From assembly GCA_963779755.1 (NCBI GenBank), contig CAVZZO010000001.1, positions 256,001 to 320,000 of the forward strand: a stretch of 64,000 bases of DNA, given 5' to 3'. Each line of letters begins with the position of its first letter. Position 1 is the stretch's first letter. Positions 8,734-17,715 of this stretch are shown here, in pieces. The translations under genes and the position numbers were made by a program. The stretch comes from an uncultured Gemmatimonadales bacterium (GTDB taxonomy: Bacteria; Gemmatimonadota; Gemmatimonadetes; Gemmatimonadales; GWC2-71-9). Below the pieces are notes generated by a model. The model searched no databases, had not been told where the DNA came from, and saw nothing but the letters and a program-made list of their open reading frames with translations.

Positions 8734-9737
8734 CACGGCGTCTCCGCGTCCTGGTCCTGACCCACCCGGATTACCTCCCCCCCGCACCGCTGGAGGACCT
8801 GGACGCCCGGGCCCGGCACCACTGCAAGACGGAAGTCGATCTGCTGACCCACCTGGGGGCGTTGGGCCACGAGGTCCGGCTGCTGGGAGTGGCCATGGAG
8901 CTGCTCCCCATCCGCGCCGCGCTGGAGGAGTGGCAGCCGCATATCGTGTTCAACCTGCTGGAGGAGTTCCACGGCGAGGCGATGTACGATCAGAACGTCG
9001 TGGCCTACCTGGAGCTGCTCCGGGCCCATTATACCGGCTGCAATCCCCGGGGCCTCACCCTCGCGCGGGGCAAGGCGCTGTCCAAGAAGCTGCTCTCCTA
9101 CCACCGGATCCGGGTACCGGAGTTTGCCGTCTTTCCCATGCACCGGAAAGTGCGCCGTCCATCCCGGCTCCAGTTTCCCCTCATCGTGAAGAGCCTGGTC
9201 GAGCACGCATCGCTGGGTATCGCCCGGGCGTCGCTGGTGGAGTCCGATGAAAAGCTGGCCGAACGCGTAACCTTCGTGCACCAGCGGCTGCATACCGACG
9301 CGATCGCGGAGCAATACATCGAGGGGCGCGAGCTCTATGCCGGCGTCCTGGGCAACGAGCGGCTGCAGGTCTTCCCCACCTGGGAGCTGACCTTCGACAA
9401 CCTCCCCGCCGACGCACCCCGGATCGCCACAGCGCGGGTGAAGCACGATCCGGATTACCAGGAGAAGCGCGGCATCTTCCAGCAGCCGGCGGATCTGGAG
9501 GATGAGGCGGAGGCCCACGTCGCCCGGACCAGCAAGCGGATCTACCGCATCCTGGAGCTGGACGGCTACGCCCGTATCGACTATCGGCTGACCCCGGACG
9601 GCCGGCTCTACTTCCTGGAAGCCAACCCCAATCCCGAGCTGGCGGAGCTCGAGGAGTTCAGCTCGGCGGCCCTGCACGCCGGGGTCGCCTACCCCCAACT
9701 CCTGCAGCGCATCATCAACCTCGGGTTGAGACGGTAA
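8730..9737 (+). CDS. ATP-grasp ligase (D-Ala-D-Ala ligase-like paralog)
   Basis: GTGA overlap with the upstream peptidase; FNLLE, YTG, KALSKK, FPLIVKS, ASLGI, EQYIEGRE, YARIDYR, LEANPNP. Confidence 0.85.
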   Translation: MTRRLRVLVLTHPDYLPPAPLEDLDARARHHCKTEVDLLTHLGALGHEVRLLGVAMELLPIRAALEEWQPHIVFNLLEEFHGEAMYDQNVVAYLELLRAHYTGCNPRGLTLARGKALSKKLLSYHRIRVPEFAVFPMHRKVRRPSRLQFPLIVKSLVEHASLGIARASLVESDEKLAERVTFVHQRLHTDAIAEQYIEGRELYAGVLGNERLQVFPTWELTFDNLPADAPRIATARVKHDPDYQEKRGIFQQPADLEDEAEAHVARTSKRIYRILELDGYARIDYRLTPDGRLYFLEANPNPELAELEEFSSAALHAGVAYPQLLQRIINLGLRR

Positions 9738-9842
9738 GCTGCGTCCTCAGCCCTCATTCCTCGGTCCCCGGTGCTTGCAACGGCTTGCCTTTCCCCCCGC
9801 GCTGGCGCAACTATTCCCTGTTCTCTGATCTGAGAGCTCTCC

Positions 9843-10814
9843 TTGTACCGTACCATCCTGCTGCCGCTCGACGGTTCCCGCTTTGCCGAGCAGTCCCTGC
9901 CGGCCGCCCGGGCCATCGCCCGCCGGACCGGCGCCGAGTTGCGTCTCGCCGTGGTCCACCAGCCCCTGCCCGCGTGGGCGCAGCGGGCGGTGCCCGAGGG
10001 AGCCGAGGCGCAGGCGCGGGAGTCGGAGCAGGCCTACCTGGCCGGCGTGGAGGACGACCTCCGCAAGGAGGGAATCACCCGGGTCGGAACGGTCCTGTTG
10101 CAGAGTCCCCCGGGTCATGGATTCGCCGAATCGGCCGTGCGGCAAGGCTTCACCAGCCACCTGCTGAACCGGCCCACCGGCCAGGCCCTGTCGGAATACG
10201 TGCAGTCCGCCAGAATCGACCTGGTCATCATGGCCACGCACGGCCGCGGGGCCATGAGCCGGTTCTGGCTGGGAAGCGTGGCGGACTACCTGCTGCGGCA
10301 TCTGGAGATTCCGCTGCTGCTCATCCGGCCGGTCGAGGGCCGGCCCCTGCCGTCGTTCGAGCCGCATCGGGTTCTGATCCCGGTCGACCGGTCCGAATCT
10401 TCCCTGCACGCGGTGGATGCCGCCCGGCGTCTGGGCGGTGAGATATCGGTGGAGATCGTCCATGTGGTCGAATCGGTAATCCCGGTGGGCGGGGCCGGAA
10501 TTTTCTATCCGGCGGGGACCGACCTGCAGCTCAACGAGCAGATCCAGCAGGACGCGCAGGTCTTCCTGGACCGAACCGTGGCCGGCTTCCGGCAGCAGGG
10601 GCTGAAGGTCGAGGGCCGTGCCGTCCCGGGGGCCGACGCGGCCCGTACCCTCCTCGACCTGCTGGAGCAGGACGGGTTCGACCTCATCGCCATGACCACC
10701 CATGGCGAGGGCGGCCTGCGCCCCTTCCTGCTGGGCAGCGTTACCGACAAGATCATTCGCGGCTCGGGCGTGCCGGTGCTGGTCTGGCGTCCGCCACCGC
10801 CGCCGGAAGCCTGA
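9843..10814 (+). CDS. Universal stress protein with tandem USP domains
   Basis: ILLPLDGS...MATHGRGAMSRFWLGSVADYLLR and a second domain MTTHGEGGLRPFLLGSVTDKIIR. Confidence 0.92.
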   Translation: MYRTILLPLDGSRFAEQSLPAARAIARRTGAELRLAVVHQPLPAWAQRAVPEGAEAQARESEQAYLAGVEDDLRKEGITRVGTVLLQSPPGHGFAESAVRQGFTSHLLNRPTGQALSEYVQSARIDLVIMATHGRGAMSRFWLGSVADYLLRHLEIPLLLIRPVEGRPLPSFEPHRVLIPVDRSESSLHAVDAARRLGGEISVEIVHVVESVIPVGGAGIFYPAGTDLQLNEQIQQDAQVFLDRTVAGFRQQGLKVEGRAVPGADAARTLLDLLEQDGFDLIAMTTHGEGGLRPFLLGSVTDKIIRGSGVPVLVWRPPPPPEA

Positions 10815-10858
10815 GGTTCGCCCCGACCCGTCCCCGCCCCCCTCACCGGGAGTCTGCC

Positions 10859-12151
10859 ATGTCCAGCCGCCGTGCGTTCGTCGCGTCGCTCTCCGGAGCG
10901 ATGGCGGCGCTGCCCGCGTTCCGCGGGCGCCCCATTCTCCAGCTCATCCGCGCCCGGGACATCGCCGGCGGGCGCTCTCCCCAGGCCGTGGCGGAGGACG
11001 AGACTTACTGGGCCGAGATCCAGCGCGCTTTCGACGCCGACCGCACGCTGATCAACCTGAACAACGGCGGCTGCTGCCCCGCGCCGACGCACGTGCTGGA
11101 GCAGATGATTCGCGACCTGCGCTTCAGCAACGAAATCCCGGTGGACCACATGTGGCGGGTCCTGGAGCCGCGGATCGAAAGCGTCCGCCGGGACCTGGCG
11201 GCGGAGTTCGGCTGCGATCCCGAGGAGATGGCGATCACCCGCAACGCGTCGGAATCGCTGGAGAACATGATCCTGGGGCTCGACCTCAAGCCGGGGGACG
11301 AGGTCATCACCACCAACCAGAACTACCCCCGGATGATTACCACCTGGCAGCAGCGGGTCCGGCGCGAGGGCATCGTCCTGAAGCAGGTTTCCTTCAAGGT
11401 CCCGCCGCCGTCGATGGACTACATCGTGGACCAATACCAGGCGGCGATCACCCCGCGCACCCGGGTGATCGAAGTCGTTCACATCACCAATCTGTCGGGC
11501 CAGATCATGCCGGTACGCCAGCTGATGGACCTGGCACGGCCCCGAGGCATCGAAGTCTTCGTGGACGGCGCCCACGCCTTCGCCCATTTCCCCTTCACCC
11601 GCGACCAGCTGGACTGCGATTTCTACGGCACCAGCCTGCACAAGTGGATGCTGGCGCCGATCGGGACGGGGTTCCTCTATGTCCGCAAGGAAAAGCAGAA
11701 AAAGCTCTGGCCCATGATGGCGGCGCCGGAGTCGATGGACGACAATATCCGGAAATACGAGGAGATCGGGACGCACCCGGCCGCCAACCACAACGCCGTC
11801 GCGGCGGCCATCGCCTTCCACCGCGGGATCGGCGCCGACCGGAAGATCGCCCGGCTGCGTTACCTGCGCGACCGCTGGGCCAAGCGGTTGCTGGCGGCGA
11901 GCCCGCGGGTGAAGATCCTCACGCCGCTGGACAGTCCCTACGGGGGCGGCATCGGCCTGCTTCACATCGACGGCATCGAGGCGCCCAAGCTGGGCACCTG
12001 GCTCTACAACAACGACCATATCGTCACCACGCCGATCGTCCACCCGGAGTTCGAGGGCCTGCGGGTTACCCCGAATGTCTATACCACTCTGGAGGAGGTG
12101 GACCTCTTTACCGACCGGGTCCAGAAAGCGATCAAGCAGGGGATGGCGTGA
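10859..12151 (+). CDS. PLP-dependent class V aminotransferase-fold enzyme (isopenicillin N epimerase-like) with Tat signal
   Basis: SRRAFV twin-arginine signal; LNNGG, VDGAHAF, TSLHKW (PLP lysine). Confidence 0.85.
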   Translation: MSSRRAFVASLSGAMAALPAFRGRPILQLIRARDIAGGRSPQAVAEDETYWAEIQRAFDADRTLINLNNGGCCPAPTHVLEQMIRDLRFSNEIPVDHMWRVLEPRIESVRRDLAAEFGCDPEEMAITRNASESLENMILGLDLKPGDEVITTNQNYPRMITTWQQRVRREGIVLKQVSFKVPPPSMDYIVDQYQAAITPRTRVIEVVHITNLSGQIMPVRQLMDLARPRGIEVFVDGAHAFAHFPFTRDQLDCDFYGTSLHKWMLAPIGTGFLYVRKEKQKKLWPMMAAPESMDDNIRKYEEIGTHPAANHNAVAAAIAFHRGIGADRKIARLRYLRDRWAKRLLAASPRVKILTPLDSPYGGGIGLLHIDGIEAPKLGTWLYNNDHIVTTPIVHPEFEGLRVTPNVYTTLEEVDLFTDRVQKAIKQGMA

Positions 12152-13143
12152 CGCACGAAGGACGGGAAGAGGGAAAAGGGAAAAGGGAACGGGCCGGTTG
12201 CCGTGTCCCCTTTCCCCTTTCCCCCCATCTCCTGGCCGTCCTGCTCTTCCTGGCCGCCTGTCACCCCGTCGCCCGGCCAGCCCCCGCCACGGGCCAGGAT
12301 CCGGTCCTCCAGCGCCGCCTGGAGGATGCCGTCCGCGGCTTCGACGGCGACGTGGGGGTCTACGCGCGGAACCTGCGCACCGGCCAGACCGCCGCCATCC
12401 GCGCCGACGAGCTGTTCCCCACCGCCAGCATGATCAAGCTTCCGATTCTGGTAACCCTCTTCGATTCGCTGGCTCACGGCAGCCTCGGCTACCACGACAC
12501 GCTGATCTACCGGGATTCGCTGCGCTATCCCGGCGATGACATTCTGGGCTCTTTCCGCGACAGCACCCCGGTCGAGCGGAACCGGGTGGTCATGCTGATG
12601 ATCACCATGAGCGACAATACCGCCGCACTCTGGCTCCAGTCCCTGGCCGGAGGCGGCATCGCCATCAATCGCTGGCTGGCCGATCACGGCTTCGATTCCA
12701 CCCGGATGAACTCCCGCACGCCTGGACGGCACGGCGACTGGGAAAAGTACGGCTGGGGCCAGACCACGCCGCGCGAGATTGCCCGGTTACTGGTCATGAT
12801 CCGGCAGGAGCGGGCCGTAAGCCCGGCCGCCAGCCAGCAGATGTATCGTGCCCTGACCCGCATCTACTGGAACGGCGAGGCCCTGTCGCAGCTGCCCCCC
12901 TGGGTGCAGGCCGCGTCCAAGCAGGGAGCCGTCGACCGGGCTCGCTCCGAAGTCGTGCTGGTGAACGCTCCCTCCGGCGACTATGTCTTCTCCGTTCTCA
13001 CCAGGAACCAGCAGGATTCGACCTGGACCCCGGACAACGCCGGCTGGGTCCTGATCCGGAAGGTCTCCGCCCTGCTCTGGCGCTACTTCGAGCCGGACCA
13101 CCCCTGGACGCCGGCGCGGGGGGCCGGGCAATACGCTCCCTAG
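12148..13143 (+). CDS. Class A beta-lactamase-fold serine hydrolase, probable lipoprotein
   Basis: TASMIK (SxxK), SDN, SKQG motifs; LAAC lipobox; GTGA overlap with the upstream gene. Exact start uncertain. Confidence 0.8.
   Translation: MTHEGREEGKGKRERAGCRVPFPLSPHLLAVLLFLAACHPVARPAPATGQDPVLQRRLEDAVRGFDGDVGVYARNLRTGQTAAIRADELFPTASMIKLPILVTLFDSLAHGSLGYHDTLIYRDSLRYPGDDILGSFRDSTPVERNRVVMLMITMSDNTAALWLQSLAGGGIAINRWLADHGFDSTRMNSRTPGRHGDWEKYGWGQTTPREIARLLVMIRQERAVSPAASQQMYRALTRIYWNGEALSQLPPWVQAASKQGAVDRARSEVVLVNAPSGDYVFSVLTRNQQDSTWTPDNAGWVLIRKVSALLWRYFEPDHPWTPARGAGQYAP
12164..12226. repeat. Heptamer-based inverted repeat (GGGAAAA)n ... (TCCCCTT)n
   Basis: GGGAAGA GGGAAAA GGGAAAA GGGAACG followed by TCCCCTT TCCCCTT TCCCCCC. 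Confidence 0.7.
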
Positions 13144-13202
13144 CGGACCCGCAGAGCCGGATGTCACCTGTTCCCACTTCCCCTTTCCCCGTTCCCCGAG
13201 CC

Positions 13203-15464
13203 ATGTCTTCATACCGCCTTGCCACCGTCGCCGCTCTGATCCTGCTGGTGCTGCCTGTGCCGCGCCGCGCCGATATCCCCGGCTTCTCTGCCGCCGCCGC
13301 TCGGGCGGAAGACCAGTGGGAGGCCCGGTTCCGCGCCATCCCCAGCCCCGATTCGTTGCGGGAGCACATGCGGGTGCTCTCGGCTCGCCCGCACCACGTG
13401 GGCTCGGTCTATGACAGCATCAATGCCGAATGGATCCTGCAGCGCTTCCGCGACTGGGGACTGGACGCCCACATCGAGACCTTCCAGGTGCTTTTCCCCA
13501 CGCCGAAGGAACGGATCCTCGAGCTGGTGACGCCCAGCCGCTTCAAGGCGTCGCTGCGGGAGCCCGCGGTCGCGGGCGATCCCACTTCGGCGCAACAGGC
13601 GGAGCAGCTCCCCACCTATAACGCCTACTCGGCCGACGGCGACGTCACGGCACCGCTGGTCTTCGTCAACTACGGCATCCCGCAGGACTACGACCGGCTG
13701 GAGCGGCTGGGGATCTCGGTGAAGGGGGCGATCGTCATCGCCAAGTACGGCCGTTCCTGGCGGGGCATCAAGCCCAAGCTGGCCCAGGAGCACGGCGCGG
13801 TGGGGTGCATCATCTATTCCGATCCGCAGGACGACGGCTACCACGGCGGCGAGACTTATCCCGAGGGGCCGTGGCGGCCGGCGCAGGGCGTGCAACGCGG
13901 CAGCGTGGCCGACATGCCGCTCTTCTCCGGCGATCCGCTGACGCCCGGCGTGGGCGCCACGGCCGGCGCGAAGCGCCTGCCGCGCAGCGAGTCGCCGCTG
14001 CTCATGAAGATCCCGGTGCTGCCCATCTCCTATGCCGATGCGAAGCCCCTGCTGGCTGCCATCAGCGGCGATGTCGCGCCGCGCGACTGGCAGGGCGGGC
14101 TGCCCATTACCTATCACATCGGCCCCGGCGCCGCCCGCGTCCATCTCAAGCTGGCCTTCGACTGGAGCCTCAAGCCCATCCGCGACGTCATCGCCCGGAT
14201 TCCCGGCACCGGGGCGGCCGACGAATGGATCGTGCGCGGCAACCATCATGACGCCTGGGTCAACGGCGCCGACGACCCGATCTCCGGCCAGGTGGCCCTG
14301 CTGGAGGAGGCGCGGGGACTGGCGACCCTGCTCAAGGCCGGCTGGAAGCCGAAGCGTACCATCATCTACGCCGCCTGGGACGGCGAAGAGCCCGGCCTGC
14401 TCGGCTCAACCGAATGGGTCGAGACCCATGCCGATGAGCTGCAGGCCCATGCGGTGGCCTATTTCAACACGGACGGGAACGGACGGGGCTACCTCGGGAT
14501 GGGCGCTTCCCATTCCCTGCAGGCGTTCCTGAACGACGTCGCCCGCGACATTACCGATCCCGAAACCGGGCTACCGGTGTGGAAGCGCGCGCAGCTGCGC
14601 CGGATTCGGAGCGCCCGCTCCGATAAGGACCGTGCCGAGCTGCGGGCCAGCCGGGAGCTCAAAGTGGGGGCCCTGGGATCGGGGTCCGATTACACCCCCT
14701 TCCTCCAGCATCTCGGCATTGCCTCCGCCGACCTGGGCTATGGGGGTGAAGACGGCGGCGGCATCTATCACTCGATCTACGATGACTTTCACTGGTACAC
14801 TACCTACAGCGACACCGCCTTCGTCTATGGCCGGGCCCTGGCCCAGACGGTCGGCACGGCCGTCATGCGCATGGCGGACGCCGACCTGCTTCCCTTCGAC
14901 TTCACCGCCCAGGCCGACACCTATCGCGAGTATCTGAAGGAGCTTCAGGACCTGGCCCAGCATCAGCGGGACAGCCTGGAGGAGCAGAACCGGCAGGTCG
15001 CCGAGGGGGTATTCACCGCCACCAACGACCCCCGGCACCCGGAAGTGGCGCCGGACAGCGAGGCGGTGCCGGCCCATTTCAACTTCGCGCCGCTGGAGAA
15101 TGCCATCGACCGGCTCCAGCAGAGCGCCCACCGCTATCATGCGGCGGTGCAGGCGGCACAGGCTGACAGCGTGCTGGAGCGGGGGGCCGTCGGGCAGGTC
15201 AACGACCTGCTGCGCCAGACGGAACAGGCCCTGGCCCGCGGCCCGGGCCTGCCGGGCCGCCCCTGGTTCCGGCATCTGATCTACGCCCCCGGTTTCTATA
15301 CCGGCTACGGGGTCAAGACGATTCCGGGAGTCCGCGAGGCCATCGAGCAGAAGCAATGGGATCTGATCGACCCGCAGATGAAAGCCGTTTCAGATGCCAT
15401 CAGCACCGAAGCGGAACTGATCGACCGGGCAGCCGCAAGGCTGGAAGCCCTGGAACAGGGGTAA
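13203..15464 (+). CDS. M28 peptidase (glutamate carboxypeptidase II / transferrin receptor-like)
   Basis: PA domain (FVNYG, KYGRSWRGIK); GNHHDAW, GADDPISG, WDGEEPGLLGS, GSGSDYTPF, YHSIYD; TfR dimerisation tail (RHLIYAPG). Confidence 0.93.
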   Translation: MSSYRLATVAALILLVLPVPRRADIPGFSAAAARAEDQWEARFRAIPSPDSLREHMRVLSARPHHVGSVYDSINAEWILQRFRDWGLDAHIETFQVLFPTPKERILELVTPSRFKASLREPAVAGDPTSAQQAEQLPTYNAYSADGDVTAPLVFVNYGIPQDYDRLERLGISVKGAIVIAKYGRSWRGIKPKLAQEHGAVGCIIYSDPQDDGYHGGETYPEGPWRPAQGVQRGSVADMPLFSGDPLTPGVGATAGAKRLPRSESPLLMKIPVLPISYADAKPLLAAISGDVAPRDWQGGLPITYHIGPGAARVHLKLAFDWSLKPIRDVIARIPGTGAADEWIVRGNHHDAWVNGADDPISGQVALLEEARGLATLLKAGWKPKRTIIYAAWDGEEPGLLGSTEWVETHADELQAHAVAYFNTDGNGRGYLGMGASHSLQAFLNDVARDITDPETGLPVWKRAQLRRIRSARSDKDRAELRASRELKVGALGSGSDYTPFLQHLGIASADLGYGGEDGGGIYHSIYDDFHWYTTYSDTAFVYGRALAQTVGTAVMRMADADLLPFDFTAQADTYREYLKELQDLAQHQRDSLEEQNRQVAEGVFTATNDPRHPEVAPDSEAVPAHFNFAPLENAIDRLQQSAHRYHAAVQAAQADSVLERGAVGQVNDLLRQTEQALARGPGLPGRPWFRHLIYAPGFYTGYGVKTIPGVREAIEQKQWDLIDPQMKAVSDAISTEAELIDRAAARLEALEQG

Positions 15465-15486
15465 CCCACAGGGAGGCGATCAGCCC

Positions 15487-15984
15487 CTAGCGCCGGCCGC
15501 CGGATTGGCCGACCGCCAGGCCGCCCACTCCAAGGGCGGCCTGGTAGCGGCCCAGAATGTAAGTCCAGCCCTCGGGGGCCTCGAGCGCCCGGCGATAGGT
15601 CTCGCCGTCTTCGCCGTGGCGCTCGAACCCCCGGTGTTCGAATTCCACCCTGCTGGTCGTGGGTGACTCCTCCGCAAACCTGACCTCCACATCGCTCGAG
15701 CTGACCGGATTGGGGACCGGCTCGCGATGGGGCCCGATCTGCCAGGTGAAGATCAGCCGGCTGGGACGTTCCAGCACCAGCACGCGGCCCCAGTCGCAAC
15801 GGAAGCCGAACGGCCCCACCTCGTGGCACATCCCGTCCACCCGGTGCTCGATGCCGATATGGACCAGCCGGTTGCCCGACCAGGTGTATTCCCTGGGCCA
15901 CCAGCGGTCCAGATCCATGAACGTGTCGAACGCCTCAGACGCCGGAACCGGGAGGCTGAACGAGCGGGTGATGGCGTTCTTCAT
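15487..15984 (-). CDS. SRPBCC/Aha1-like domain protein
   Basis: WWP, WGRVLVLERPSRLIFTWQI, VEVRF, VEFEHRGFERHG, GW pattern. Confidence 0.8.
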   Translation of the reverse strand: MKNAITRSFSLPVPASEAFDTFMDLDRWWPREYTWSGNRLVHIGIEHRVDGMCHEVGPFGFRCDWGRVLVLERPSRLIFTWQIGPHREPVPNPVSSSDVEVRFAEESPTTSRVEFEHRGFERHGEDGETYRRALEAPEGWTYILGRYQAALGVGGLAVGQSGGRR

Positions 15985-16084
15985 GTCGGTGATTCTCCCT
16001 GATTCGCCGGGCGCGGGAACCAGCAGGAGAATGGCGGCTGCCGTGTGCCCGCGCGGTGCGGTGCCTCACAGGACCGGCGGGCGG

Positions 16085-16411
16085 TCAGGCGGGCAGGCGG
16101 TCGCTGTGCTCCAGCACCTCAAAGTGCGATGAGCGGGCATCGAACCGCGCCAGCAGCTTGCGGGCTGCCTCCGGCACCACCGCCGTCTCGTAATCCGCGC
16201 CGGCAAACGCCCGCACGGCGTCCATGGAATCGAGAAACATGACGGTCACGAATTCCACCTCGCCGCCTGCCTCGCGCCGGTAGAGATGGTGGCCGCGGTA
16301 GCCTGCGATGCCGCGGGCGGCGATCCCCGGCAGGATGGTGCCCCGGAGCAGGCGCTCGTACGCATCGGCGTTCTGCGGTGTGGTCCAGCCGTGCCAGACT
16401 CTGCTGATCAT
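16085..16411 (-). CDS. Antibiotic biosynthesis monooxygenase-like (dimeric alpha-beta barrel) protein
   Basis: MISRVWHGWT...YE...FAGADYETAVVP pattern; ATGA overlap with hutF. Confidence 0.75.
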   Translation of the reverse strand: MISRVWHGWTTPQNADAYERLLRGTILPGIAARGIAGYRGHHLYRREAGGEVEFVTVMFLDSMDAVRAFAGADYETAVVPEAARKLLARFDARSSHFEVLEHSDRLPA

Positions 16412-17715
16412 GCCGTCTCCCCGTTTCGAAGATTGGTCCAGTTTCCCCCCACGCAGACCTCGCTCAGCACCTCATCGCCCGCCCCGAAAATAATCGCCTC
16501 GACCACGCCGTCGGGATCTACGCCGGCGAGCGCGGGTGCGCTGAGGTCCACCACGCTGAAGTCAGCCCAGGCGCCGGACGAAATCCGGCCGGCATCCACC
16601 CCCAGGGCGGAGGCGCCGCCCTGGGTGGCTGCCTGAAGCAGCGCGACGGCGGGCCGGCCGTCGCGGCCGCCCAGTATGCCGCGGGATTCGCGGGACAACC
16701 GCTGGCCGTATTCCAGCCAGCGCATTTCCTCCAACATGGAAATGCGGGCGTTCGAGTCGCTCCCCAGGCAGAGTCGCCCGCCCGCCCGGCGCGCGGGAGC
16801 GAGATCAGGAATGCCGTCGCCCAAATTGGCCTCGGTGAGGGGACAGATGCACACCGTCCCGCCTCCCTCGAAGAAGCGGGCCAGGTCGTCCGGCTCGCTG
16901 TGGGTGCAATGCACGGCGGTGACGTTGACGGGGGAACCCAGCACGTTGTTCAACAAGGCCAGCGGACGCTGGCCGTAGGCCTCCAGACTCTCTTCCAGTT
17001 CACGCCGCTGCTCTTCCACGTGCAGGTGCAGCACCATCCCGCGGCGCCGGGCCTCGGTCTGCAGCCCGGCGATCTCCTCCAGACTGGCCGCCCGGATACT
17101 GTGCGCCACTGCGCCGAGCTGCTCCCGCGCCGGATCCAGCCGGGAGGCCAGCCGGTCCATCTGGTCCCAGTACTGGTGGAGCGAAGTCGAGGCAAACCGG
17201 CGCTGCCCTGCCGCCAGCGGCTGCCCGATGCCGCCGGTGCGATAGTACGCCTGGAGCAGAACCAGCCGGATGCCGGCCTCCCGAGCGGCGCCGATCAGGA
17301 CGTCGTCGAGCGCGTAGTCCAGCCGGTCGGCGGAGTGATGGAAGTAGTGAAATTCCCCAACGGTGGTGATGCCGGCCCGCAGCATCTGCCGGTAGGCATC
17401 GACCGTAAGGCGGCGGAACCGCTCGGCATCCAGGCTCTCGGCCAGCTGGTACATGGCGTCCCGCCAGGTCCAGAAGGAGCCGAGCCCCGCGGGGAACCGC
17501 TCGCCCCGGCCCCGGAGGCCGAGCTGAAATGCATGCGAATGGGCGTTGACGAACCCCGGGAGCAGCGCGGACCGGCGCAGCCGGCGGGTGGGCGTGAGCC
17601 CCAGCGCGCCCACCCGGCCGATTCGCCCGTCGGCCTCCACGATCACCTGGACCCCGGTCGCCAGCCCACTGCCGGTCCAGGTCAGGTCGGCCTCGAAGAC
17701 CTCCCGGTCGCTCAT
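16408..17715 (-). CDS. hutF: Formimidoylglutamate deiminase
   Basis: PGFVNAHSHAFQ, SFWTWRDAMY, VGEFHYFHH, AHSIRA, HVEEQ, CPLTEANLGDG, GSDS. Confidence 0.9.
   Translation of the reverse strand: MSDREVFEADLTWTGSGLATGVQVIVEADGRIGRVGALGLTPTRRLRRSALLPGFVNAHSHAFQLGLRGRGERFPAGLGSFWTWRDAMYQLAESLDAERFRRLTVDAYRQMLRAGITTVGEFHYFHHSADRLDYALDDVLIGAAREAGIRLVLLQAYYRTGGIGQPLAAGQRRFASTSLHQYWDQMDRLASRLDPAREQLGAVAHSIRAASLEEIAGLQTEARRRGMVLHLHVEEQRRELEESLEAYGQRPLALLNNVLGSPVNVTAVHCTHSEPDDLARFFEGGGTVCICPLTEANLGDGIPDLAPARRAGGRLCLGSDSNARISMLEEMRWLEYGQRLSRESRGILGGRDGRPAVALLQAATQGGASALGVDAGRISSGAWADFSVVDLSAPALAGVDPDGVVEAIIFGAGDEVLSEVCVGGNWTNLRNGETA

Noticed and set aside
12148..13143. Serine hydrolase as a confirmed antibiotic resistance gene
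   Set aside because: KQG instead of KTG and no evident Glu166; activity cannot be inferred from sequence.
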